A stretch of DNA of 64,000 nt, from contig NIVC01002239.1 of assembly GCA_002269645.1 (NCBI GenBank), positions 1 to 64,000 on the forward strand, in the 5' to 3' direction. Below the pieces are notes generated by a model that saw nothing but the letters and a program-made list of their open reading frames with translations, searched no databases and had not been told where the DNA came from. The first letter of the stretch is position 1, and the number at the start of each line of letters is the position of its first letter. The stretch comes from Macrostomum lignano (Eukaryota). Below are positions 49,006 to 62,259 of this stretch, piece by piece. The position numbers and the translations under genes were made by a program.

Positions 49006-51432
49006 ATGCTGCTACTAGGCCTAATTTTGATCTGCGCTGTCACCGCGACCGCCACGGTGCCAGATGTCTCCTCTGATGAGCGAATTGCCGCGGCACTGCG
49101 CTTAAAGTCTGCCAACGGCTACAACTCGGATGTGAGACCGCCACCGGATAATGGGACGGCTAATCTGGTCCGGGTGCACACCAACTTTAATAGTCTGGTG
49201 GCTGTCGTGAGTTTTGGACGATATCAACTAATGAACTCGACATATGTACGCAAATGTTCCCACATTTACTCATTAATTATTCATTATTTCTGCTGTTCAG
49301 AATTCCGCATCTCAGGAGGTCAGTCTACTCCTGTGGCTTACACTGGTAAGACATATTTAGAGACCGCGAATCACTCTCTAATATTCTGCAGATTTTTCAG
49401 GATCAGCAACAGGTAAAAAGTCATAAACTTTTTTCCAGTCCTGGACAGACCGCCGACTTGCCTGGCACGGTCGCTTCAACGACAGTTTGGACAGCGAGAC
49501 GGCGGTCTACTTTCCGGCCAGGCTGCTGTGGCTACCGGATGTGTCTTTCATCGATCTGTGAGACCGGGATGTGTTCGTTACCATTTTGATTCTCACTAGC
49601 TGCTCTGTTCTACTAGGTAGATACTCGTTTGTGTATTAATTAATATAAATGAAAAAAAATCAATGAGTCCATTGGTTGTTTATACGAGTGTACAGTCTGC
49701 AATGTGGATACCCACTTTGCTTTTGTATATTCCTCTAACTGGTAAGTAGAAGCCCTCTATAGAATATTACTGGGACTTTGTACAACATTTTTCTTGCGGA
49801 TTCAACGAGTTGACGATGCGGCATTACTGAAGCATTTTAAGAGTAAGCAAATCGTGTGTCTGAACTGCATGGTTAATGGAAGCTCTAATAGACGTTACTA
49901 AACACAAGAGCAATAAAGAAGCAATCCACGGGATGCTTGCAACGTTACACTGTCCAACCAAAACTTGCAGCTTGTTCATACAGCGGGTGTCATTTAGCAA
50001 CGCAATGGCTCACGTTAGCTCTCAGGGACCGGTAATGTACACCTCCCAGTACGTGATTACCAGCAAGTGCCCAATGAGCATGTTCGAGTTTCCCTATGAC
50101 AAGCAGCGCTGCGTAGTGCCCATCTCGTCAGCCATTCATTCGAAGCAGGTGCTGGCTTTGCACATCGGAGCCTACCTAGAGAACGACTCCATCACGAAGT
50201 ACCTGGCCCGCAACGACGAGTTTTGCATTACAGGAGCGACAATCAGGAAGACTGTGGACTACTACTTTGATATTCTGCAGTTTGCCATCACTTTCAAGGT
50301 AAGAATATTGCGTCTGTATCTAAAAAATTTAATTGGCTTGCAAAATTTTTAGGCAACATCACGTTCCAATATTTTTTTTCAGAGACGGCCCATTTTCTAC
50401 GTGATAAACCTAATCCTGCCCAGCCTCCTGCTGCTCGCCATCTCCACCGTCACCTTCCGACTGCCACCGGACTGCGGCGAGCGGATGTCATTCAGCATCA
50501 CCATCGTGCTGTCCATGTGCGTGTTCCTGCAGATGGTGAATGAGCACACGCCCACGCAGAGTGAATCCGTCCCTCTGCTAAGTGAGTTCTGTGGACATAA
50601 ATCCAGATATCTGCTGCAGTTAATTGCACAGGAGTTGTGTCACTCGACAAAAAACGATATAAATCTATTCGTTTATGATTTACGTTTATGTTGATGAAAA
50701 TGATTTGTAATGATTTTTGAGTAACAACAGCAAAGTTACTCAAGTTAAAATTCGCAAAAGAAATTTAGCTATAAACTTAGAGTGGCTTGGGTTATCACGT
50801 TCTTTGTTGAGTTGTTTTTTAATGCGAGTCTATCTGCATACCAGACGACCTTGTGAATGAATGACTGCATACTTACTTGCCGGACCTCGTACGAGCTAGT
50901 TTGTTGTTTATTCTTCTTATCAATGTAGCACGAGCTCCGGCATCCTTTACTTGTACCCACGGCTTTGTATGTACCACTTCCTCTCGACGTTAACCCACTC
51001 GATTTCAAATTTTTCTCATAGGCACTCGCCCACTCTCTTCTATTTCCTGGTCCAGCCTGCTACTGCACTCTGGCGGTGGTGATGACAATGACCGTCGTCT
51101 TGGGCAACGCCTTCGTTCTCAGCTGCCACAGCCGGTGTTGCCGCTCCGCTCCCCCGGGACGTCTGCTCCGGACGCTGTTCCTTCACTCGTTCGTCGCTCG
51201 TCGGAGCCGTCGGCAGCCGGAAGCCGACGGTTCAGTCCGGCAGAGCTTGTCGCCCGACAACGAGTCTGAGACCGCCTGCGGGAACGCTCTGCGCTGTCAA
51301 TGGAGCACCATAATTTCAGGCGTTGACACCTGCCTGTTTGCGTTCTATTTTGGCATCACCGTGTCTTTGGTGATAGCACTGGCCGCTATTGGACTTGTTA
51401 CAGATAGCCAGAAGTGCATCAATGAGGACTAA
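49006..51432 (+). CDS. Cys-loop ligand-gated ion channel subunit, gene E (6 exons, intact)
   Basis: Exons 49006-49206, 49301-49345, 49439-49557, 49971-50298, 50383-50581 and 51056-51432, with sizes 45/119/328/199 conserved. Motifs WLPDV, CPMSMFEFPYDKQRC, PPDCGERMSFSITIVLSMCVFLQ; M3 and M4 lie in one exon. Confidence 0.9.
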
Positions 51433-54371
51433 TTAGTTGCGGAAAGAGGAATTGATTCTTTAGAGTTGCAACTTAAAAATTACGCGTTAACGCTTGCGTC
51501 AAGTCGATGGTTCTCTGTTCCTTTCCCTAGACCAGCATATGTGATTCTTTCGTCAGCTTTTATCAAGTCACAGTTAAACAATAGCATTGTGTAGAAAATG
51601 GAAAAATCATTGAGTGACTGCAGTCAAGTTTTAAACTCGACCAAAACAGAGTCTTAAATCTTATCCTGCGGTGTAATTTTCGGTGTAGAAAGAAGTTTCT
51701 GTAGGCCAAGAATGAGTTTTCAGTTGTACTTGTCGAGCATTGCTATCCATACATGCGCATATGAAACGTGAACGTATGCAAAGCATTCGCCGCGCTTGCA
51801 GCAGCTTTTTGCTTTTCATGCATGCAGATCAAACTGAGGCAGGATTGTCTTGGAGATTTTGATGGATCTGTTCTTGCAGTCAGTAGGGGTGCCGTACTGT
51901 ACAGTGAGTTGTACTTGAATGCGAATATGCGATGGGGAATACGAGTGGCGTCTTGCAACAGTAGCCGAACCAAATCGATGCATCATCGGCCAATCTCGAC
52001 GAGAATTTTAACAACAGCAGCCGCAGGACTTCCGGCAAACCTACGAGTAGTTCCGGACTCTGGCTAGCCGCCAGGTTGGGCTGTCAGGTGTCGGGCAAAA
52101 GTTCGCTTGCCATGTGTCACGAAGAGCCGGAATACGTGGCCCCCAGCCGAAAATAATGACCTCAGTGGCCTAATGGCAGGTCTATCAGCATGTCCTGTTG
52201 GACAGACGGGAAAGCGGTCTCGACTGTACCGTGTGCAGTCGTCGACTTCAAGGGTCGGCCCTCTCGAGGGGCTCCTTGAGGGGCTCTCTCGATATTTGGT
52301 GTGGCACAAAAAGCAAAGCAAACAGACAGCAAAAACCTTTGTTCTATGCAAAAAATTTCTCCCTTGACGTGTTGGGCTTGAATGATTTATTATTCTGCAG
52401 TAAAAACAGTTGCAATTAATTTTCCTCGGAAAATCTCTTACCTTGGTTAAAATATAGGCTTCCATATCTTTTTTTGTCAAGTTCGATTTTGATTTTCATA
52501 CTATTAGTAGCATATAGATATGTCACCAGCGTCTGATTCGAATAATCGTGGAATAATTATGAGTCAAAGATAATGTTTTGATTTTTATTCTATGCCTATG
52601 ATAGGTGTGGGTCCACACCTTGAGGCCCAAATGCGAGTAGCTAAGATAGGGTAACTGAAATTCTACTGCTGTTTACTGCACTTCTTGCTGTCTGTCTCAA
52701 AGCAAGGTACACAACGAAGGATCCGCAAAGTTGTTTTCGGCTTTTTTAAACAAGCTTCCGGTACAAATGTTGGTGGAAAGGATATCTTGACAAATCGACA
52801 AGTCTTCAAATATTGAACGAGAGACAAAACGATTATTTTAGACTAATACTAAAAGTATTACTAGTAACACTAATGGTGGTAGTAATGATAATAGCAGTAC
52901 TAATGATACTTGCAAGTGGACTGTAGGCACCCTGTTGCAACGCCTTCAGACACATCGTCCGAAAACCAGTTTCTTCTACTTCTTCTACTTCAAGTAGTAG
53001 TTAACCAAGTTTGAAACCTTTTAAAAACTTTAAACTAACTGAATTATCCAATTCAATGATGTACCGTGCCAGCAAATTTTCGACTCCCTTAACTTAAAAG
53101 TAGCCTCAGAGGTCATGAAATGATCTGAGAGGCTGAGAACAATCACAAATACTGTATGCAGACACGCACACAGGGTGTAAAACGGCCCCGACTTTCTAAT
53201 CGCTAGGCAGGTTTGAAAAATAAATCAATAATGTAAAATGAAAATTCCTGGGCATTGCAGCACTCCGGTTATCGCAGAGAGATTTACCTAAACGAGAAAT
53301 GAAAATAAAAAAAGATTTGAAGAGAAACAGACTTGAGAGTGAGAGAATATGAGAACTCAAGGGCGCAGATGTTAAATTTTAGGAAACTTTAGAAGGCCAG
53401 AGCAAACCATCGCATTGTGTCGGCAGGCCTGAGCACTCCACTTGATTGCAGAGACATCTGAGGACAAAAGTCGCCTTCCCACAGACTTTGGGAGTAACCC
53501 CATGAAGACAGAAAGTCAGACTGAGGCAGAAACGCAGCCTCACCGGCCTATTCAAATCCTCCATTTTATCTTTTCCCTAACTTTTCAAGTGTCCTACTAC
53601 AGGTGGCGAACGTCTCTTCAATGTCATTCTCCAGCAGCCGGGTTTTTCCCAGAGGAAATTTCCAGCCACATAGAAGAGCAAGCAGAATTTCTGCCGTGAA
53701 AGCACACTACCATTAGAGTTCCCGTGTTGCTAGGGTGACTGCAAGCTGAGGGCAGAATGAAGAACGATTAATTCGTTTCCTTCGACAGGTCGTAGTGTAT
53801 TTGAATTATAAGTTCTCTCTTGCAATATAAACTTTTTGTATGCGAGTAATTATTGATTCTACTAGTATCTAATATCATTTTATGCAGGCAGCATCTCTGC
53901 AGTGGCTGTAGCTATAAGAAAGAGAATTTAAAAAGTTAAGACAAACGTTGCATAGAGCTAGAATAGGCAAGGGTAATTGTTCTATAAAGGTAGGACTAAC
54001 CAAGGCAACGCAATACATTTTCGTCGAAAATTCAGAAAGTTACTTTAGGCTAAAAAATATGTCTACTTCTGCCGTACAATTAGTTGAGATACAGTGGTTA
54101 CATATTTAGTTTGTTTATTATCAAGAAAAAAGACGGATTACAAGCTAAGGCAGTTTCTAAATAAAGCTTTTTCGCTGCTTTTCAAAAACTTGGTTGGAGA
54201 AAAACTGAAAATAAATTTTGAACGCAAGCAGGTATATGTAGGTTTCATGAAGTTGAAAATCATAAGCTACTTCGTATAGCAATGTAAGGATATTAAAAAA
54301 ACTTTTTGTAACCGTTTTTAACACACGCAAGATTTCGTCATTGTTGGATCATAATTTCAATGTTAGACTCT

Positions 54372-55124
54372 TCAGAACACGGACTGGCACTCGCAGATGT
54401 ACTTGCGAGCACTGCTGCAGGAGTCATCGTCAACGCCTCCAGTTGAATGGCCATGCCAAAGATTTGTGCACTCCAATGACGCAGGACCGTTCGGCTCTCC
54501 AGAGTGCCATACGCTGGCGTTCACGGGCAGGTTGCAGGCGGCCCAGAACCAGTCAGAGTGCGCATTCGAAGTTCCAGATCCGCCAAGGAAAAAATCAGAC
54601 GAGCTGCCCATCAGCTGCTTCAGCGACCTCAGGTGCAGAGCCTCATCAAGGTCGATCGCATCAGAGAACTTGGTCAGTCCGGGATCCGCACTGCAGGTCA
54701 GGTTGGCGTTGTTCCAGGTGAGTGTCACCGACGTGACCACCTTGTACGATGTGCCGTATCTCGTGTGCTCGTATCCGGACGGACACAGGCGACCCGGAGG
54801 TACGCCGGGCAGAGACCTCACATACACAGTCACCTGGTGAGTGCAGCTCGGCACAGACTGCACACGGTGACTGCACGCATCGAACAGGAACAGCTTGCAC
54901 TGACAGGCTCCAGCTGTCAGCACTGAGAAGGCCTGACACTTGTCCTTCCTAGCGCAGACGAGGCTGCATTCGAGCGGAGTGCACAGACCGGACACGATGC
55001 TGGTGAAGTCGGAGCTCACGCAGTCCAGTCCGGTGGTTTGGTGGAATTTCAGCCTGGCGGAGCTGCAGGACTCGGACAGCACCGCAGGGACCCACAGCAG
55101 CAGTAGAAAAACACAAAGCTGCAT
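54372..55124 (-). CDS. Secreted PAN/Apple-like + C-type lectin domain protein (EPN motif), intronless, 250 aa
   Basis: Signal peptide; C..LECSLVC....CQAF....CQCKL; CTLD CPSGY..SYKV..LTWNNANLTC, FFLGG, WHSGEPNG, ECTNL, DDDSCSSARKYICE. Confidence 0.85.
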   Translation of the reverse strand: MQLCVFLLLLWVPAVLSESCSSARLKFHQTTGLDCVSSDFTSIVSGLCTPLECSLVCARKDKCQAFSVLTAGACQCKLFLFDACSHRVQSVPSCTHQVTVYVRSLPGVPPGRLCPSGYEHTRYGTSYKVVTSVTLTWNNANLTCSADPGLTKFSDAIDLDEALHLRSLKQLMGSSSDFFLGGSGTSNAHSDWFWAACNLPVNASVWHSGEPNGPASLECTNLWHGHSTGGVDDDSCSSARKYICECQSVF

Positions 55125-56056
55125 TGGGCTTAATTTGTTTTGCTTCTAATGAACAAATAATTCGGTAAACGTTAATACCTTTTAAGATACGCCGGGTCTT
55201 AACAGGTTAGAAGGAAATTCTAAGGTTTTTATGAACGGTCAGGAAGCAACTTTTTTCAGTCAGAAAACTTCTGATTGGTTTATTTTTTAACTAGAACGCA
55301 GAAATTTCAGCGAGTAAGTTAGTTACTCAGGATGCATTTTACTTCATTACTCTAGTAGTTTCCTGGAAACGAATGCCATCCTTAAATCTCTCTTAATCAG
55401 CTCAATCGCCACCGTTTCTCTTGCGACGAGCCAGTGCTTTTCTACGAGTAAATACGCTCGTAGCCTCAATTTGGCAGACCTTGATGATATAATTTTATCA
55501 TTTTATATATAGTTCTAAGCTTAGCACCTGTCTGTGGAGTAATTATCGCTTTTTGTAGTCAATTTCTTTATTGGGGCTTGCAAAAGTGGACATGGAGAAG
55601 TAGTTTTTGTAACAGGTAGCATTTTGCGTCCTGCCTACAACTTCTGCTCACGTCGGATAACAAAGAATTGAATTCGAAACACGGTATTTCTGGGCCCAGG
55701 CTGCTGCGGTCCAGCCGAGCCGAGTCCAGCGAAGCCCAGCCGAGGCAATGGGGGGTTAACTGGAAGAGAGAACTCCAGGCAACGGCCAAAGCCACGAGCG
55801 GCTAGCAACATTGCAGGATTGCAGGAAATATCTATGGCACGAATCGAAGTGGCCCAGAAGGAGGAGGCACAAACGTCTATGGCACGAAAGCCAAAAGGCG
55901 GGGAGAGTTCATGGCAATGACAATCCTATTGATTGAATGGAGGGTTGAAATGTCTTCCACCAAAACTTTCAGTGGGGGTGAAGGGGTTTGTGTGAGGGAT
56001 TCCCAGGCAGTAAGTAGTCTGTCCAAACCTGTTGATTCAAGAGTTTTCTGTCCATC

Positions 56057-57513
56057 ATGAGCGACCCGATAATACATTATATTAATTGGGGTAACCTCCC
56101 GTGTGAGGACCTCGGCAACATCACGCAGGATGAACTGAACTTCCTCTCGGAATCCTCTGCCGTTGATCGGCACGACGAAGATTTCGATGCGTTCCTGAAG
56201 TATGTCCAAAATGGTCCAGCTGATACTGGGCTGCCAATGATCGATGGAGATGAAAAGATAGACGTTTCCGAGATGGACAGAATCGAGATCGAGAGTCTGC
56301 CTGAGGATACTCGGAAGCAGATGTACCAGCATGGCCAACGTTTTCGAGACTTCCTGGAAGGGGAGAATCTGCGCAACATTCAGCATGTCAACAATCCTAC
56401 ATTGAACCAATATCTTCGGTACTTCTACTTCAAGCTGAAGAAACAGGATGGCTCGTTTTACTCGCCGGCCTCTCTCATCTGTATCCGGGCTGGAATTCAG
56501 CGTTTCCTACGCATGGTTCTGAAGCTGCCTGTCGATATAATCGGTGGTGAGGAATTCAATTCCTGCAACGAGATGCTGCGTGTCAAGGTTCGTGATTTCC
56601 ATCGAGATGGTGGCTGCACCAGGCAGTATGAACCAATTGAAGAAGGCGACATGCAGAAGTTGCGGTGCTACTTTGAAGGGACTACGGCTGAAATCGAGCA
56701 GGCTAAATTTCTGTTCTATGTTCTTTACTCCTTTGGAGAGCGTGGCCAGGAGCATCTGAAGTTCCTGAGACAAAGGGACTCGCTTGAATTGCACACGGAT
56801 TCTGACGGCAAGGAGTACTACTGTCTTCCTGCTCTGCCAACGAAGAATAAGTCAGCCGATCCTGTGAAGGCGAAGGCCAGGCCGGACAACAAACAAGCTC
56901 GGATCTACGACACGGCCAAAGTGAGGAGATATCTACAACTGCTACCTCCAACAACCAAGGACAACCATCTGTTCCCGCGTCCACTATCCAACACGGATTC
57001 CAATGGACAGCCTATGTTCTCAACAAAGCAGAATCGCGGGGAGAACTACTTCCTGCGTTTCATGCGAAACTTGAGCGAGAAGGCCGGTTTGTCCAAGATG
57101 TACACGAATCATTGCATTCGGTAAGCCTTTTTCTTCATATTGCTTTAAACCAGTTGCATATTTTCTATGCAATACTTTATTTCTGTTGTAGAGTGAGCAG
57201 GATTGCTGATCTAGAGGCTGCTGGGTACAACCTGGCTGACATCATGTCGATAACCGGTCAGGTTTCTGAGAGGACAACTCGCCGTTACCTGTCCAAGCGC
57301 CGTGATCGCTCGCTGCAGTCTACCAGTGAGGCTGTTTCTATGGCACTTGATTTGAATGGTTCTTCACAAGCTGTTGCGACTCCATTGCGTGAGAGTTCAC
57401 CGGTGCCAGTACCTGTGTCGTCTTCCGTGCAGATCACCGGCATCAGTCATGACAATCCGTCGGTCAGGTACAGTTTCCACAACTGTTCATTCAATGGTTG
57501 CAAATTTGAGTAA
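56057..57513 (+). mobile_element. Crypton-like tyrosine recombinase gene (DUF3504/KCTD1-ZMYM related), 2 exons, about 461 aa
   Basis: Exon 56057-57120, intron 57121-57191 (gtaagc...ttgtag), exon 57192-57513. Motifs KKQDGSFYSPASLICIRAGIQRFL, FGERGQE, TKNK, YTNHCIR, IMSITGQ..RRY, and C-terminal FHNCSFN. Element ends not identified. Confidence 0.8.
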
Positions 57514-59440
57514 TGGACTCAACCGTCGTATTTTCTGGACTTTCTCCTGCTGTCGTGATGAGAACATGACCATAGGTTAGACTTGCACTCAATTGACTAA
57601 GCAGTGTTATTGTTGGAACATTTTTTGTTGGACTTCAATAAATATAAGAATTTCACGCTTCGTGTTACTTTTTTCGCCTATGGTATTGTTGTCCAGTCTT
57701 GTTATTTTACCTCCAGAAAATGGCCGGTCATTGTCCGGAGGTCATTGCCATGAACAAATATTTCGGGCAATGGCCATGCCTTTGGGCCCGCAGAAGCGGG
57801 CGAGAGAAGAAGTGAAGCGAGCGCCTACACTGTCTCTCTCATTTTATTTTAAACACGCGTTGGAACGAAAATTCTAATAAGCTACATAAAACAAATATGG
57901 TTTTAGGCACCCCCCCTTCGCAAATACGAGTATGACTGCATTCTATGCAGTCATAGTCTATGGCCCAAACCAAAATGGCTAGAAAGCGCAATCAGTTTTC
58001 CAACTGAGATAATACCAAAAGATGCTGGCAAGTCCTACAGCGTATATATTGCTGTCAAAGGGCAAACAGTTGTAGAAATGGCACTGCATCAAAACCAAGC
58101 AAAAGCTTTGTGGAGGTTCAATCTCTGCCATTGGAGAGCAGGCAACGCGTCAGTCAATCAAGTTGTCAAAAGAGAAGGGCTCTTTCCAGCTAGCCAAGAA
58201 GACATGCAGTTTGGAAGACCTGTATGAATGCACAAGAAGCATTGTCAAGTCTACGTCAAACCCCTTAAGCTCTGTCTATTGTGAGAATTTCCGTCCGCAC
58301 ACTTGCTGTGAAAGAGCTACATAACACGCCATAGAAACGGCTGAGGGCTGGAGTTGTGAATGTCTACCAATTAGGAAAAACAAAGACATAAAGGACTTCC
58401 TAGCTCAATATCCATCCTTGCAGATTTACCTCAGAAAAACTGCCAAAGTTATTGCCACATTTGTCTTCCTCAGTTTCATATGACGAGTGTAACGAATGTA
58501 ATCAGATAATTTGTGTAGTATTTCCCTATATTTCCCCCTGTATTTGGCCTCATCATGGGTGCTGTCTTTGAATTTCTTCTTGCCTGTGTTGTGTCGTGGC
58601 AAGGAGCCCTTAAAAGGGTCGTTTTACTAACTAACTAAAAGGGATATTTTTCTTACTACTCTACTGTAAGTAGGCGTCACCGTAAATGTGATGCAGACAA
58701 TTAATACATTTTCTTGTTGCCAAATTTATCGATCGCGTAATAATTCATGGTTGGATGTGTAATATAAGCGCGGGTTGTCCTAAGTTACTCGCGGTTTTCC
58801 TGTGTTTGTCTATCAAGACACCACAGCCTGCATTTTGTTGAGTTTCCTTTGACGTGATGTGCAGTATTGAAGCAGCAGCTGTCTGTGGGTCACTAGTTTC
58901 TGTCTGCGTGACACTGCTTTCCTTCTACCATGGTTGGTTGATCATTGCCAGGCGCATTGTGCCTTGGGGTCCTCACCCGATCGGCAAAAAGTTTTTGAAG
59001 CGGAACTCTCCTGCTTGCAAGCTTTAGCATCTCCTGCATCTCCTAAAGACTCCTGCTGCATTCACACGCCTTTCTCTATGGAGAAAACGTGTTTAAAGTC
59101 AAGAATTCTCATTCGAAACTCAATTCCCAGAGTCCAACGAATGGTTTCGGTTGAAGATTGAAAGTCATTGTTAAGATAGCTCGCAAGTGGATTACATAAA
59201 AGTCTAGCCCTACGACGCGTAACCCCGCAATTCATATTCATACCGTCTGCGCCCCACTCCATAAACCCCACTAATTCTTAATTCCTTTCATTTAGCCCCG
59301 TTAATCCTAGTCTTAAAACCCTTGCCACTTACGACCTCCCCCTAAACCACTGTCCCTAAACCCTTCGCCCTTCACCCCTGGCCCTAAAATCCCTGTCAAT
59401 AAAAAACCTGGCCCTAAACCCTGTCTTTAAACGCCTGTAT

Positions 59441-60961
<1,521 letters not shown>

Positions 60962-61646
60962 TTGTCGCTAAACAAAAACAGCTCAAGTTCTGCAGAGCAG
61001 AAAGCAGTCCAGCAAAGAAACAGTGGGGACAGAGTCCAGCACACTATTCACACGCTGGCGCCCTCTCCAGTGAGCTCAAGCCTTACCTTGACGGTCTAAT
61101 GGGACCATCTCCGCCTCACCGCTTCTCTACAGAGCCACTCCACCCGCTGTTAAAAGCTGCAGTTTAGTTACCATGGCAACTTGACTGGGGGGGGGGAATT
61201 TCTGCCGCAAAACAGCTGCTTTGAAATTTTGGTTGGGTGAGGCTGTCTTCAACAATGGGGCTGTTTTTCCTTTCAAAAAGAAAAAACTTTCTAAGAAGGC
61301 ATTTTGGCAGGATCCAGACAGATGCATTTTGTGACAGCGCTCATAATACGCTCGCACATAAGAATATATTTGTTGGGACTCACGTATTCTACGTGTAAGG
61401 CAGCTCCTAAAGTAACTTTTTTCAGTAAATTAAATGGACAGATTAACGATAGATCACGGAAAATTAGAAATGGTAGATAATTTTAGTAATAAAACATAGC
61501 TAGAGAAACAAATAATTGTACTCATTAGGCTGCTTTTTCCAGTGGAGTTTCCAGCGTTCAAAGTTTTTTAATTTCCAACCGGCTCAGGGCGTAGCCAAGG
61601 TCTTTCATTGGGGCCACATCGTGGGGGCGTCATCGTGGCGGCTTTA

Positions 61647-61907
61647 GCACCAGGGGCTTTAGCACCAGGAGCTTTAGCTCCAGGGGCTTTAGCACCAGGG
61701 GCGCCAGCACCAGGGGCGCCAGCACCAGGGGCGCCAGCACCAGGGGCGCCAGCACCAGGGGCGCCAGCACCAGGGGCGCCAGCACCAGGGGCGCCAGCAC
61801 CAGGGGCGCCAGCACCAGGGGCGCCAGCACCAGGGGCGCCAGCACCAGGGGCGCCAGCACCAGGGGCGCCAGCACCAGGGGCGCCAGCACCAGGGGCGCC
61901 AGCACCA
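61647..61907. repeat. 15-bp GC-rich tandem repeat (GCACCAGGGGCGCCA)
   Basis: Directly visible; reads (GAPGA)n on the - strand. Confidence 0.93.
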
Positions 61908-62259
61908 ACTGGCAAGGGAACGCCAGAGTTTTGGCATCCCTTCGGCCTCCCTTGGCGCCCGACCCGGCTACGGCCCTGCAATTTTCCATAATATTTCTGT
62001 TTATAGTTTTCCATAATATCCGGATAAATAGAGAATATATCGCTAATATCTATCTAGTATCTAAGCATTGCTAAAGCTAGCCTTAAATCAAGACTGCGAC
62101 TACACAAAATGGTACTCTGTATTGTAAGAGTGGTGCATTCAATGGAGAGCTACAATGGAAAATTTTGCTGGTGCCGAAAGTTTAGTTCATTTTCAGATGG
62201 CCTAAGATTCAAAATGGCCCTGTTAACTATTGTATCAAGAGAAATTGTCGAAGGCAGTG

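Noticed and set aside
51743-52480. GC-rich patch with short ORFs and small hairpins
   Set aside because: No recognisable domain, ribozyme core or repeat partner could be established by eye.
55877-56410. 177-aa minus-strand ORF
   Set aside because: Antisense to the better supported Crypton-like recombinase exon.
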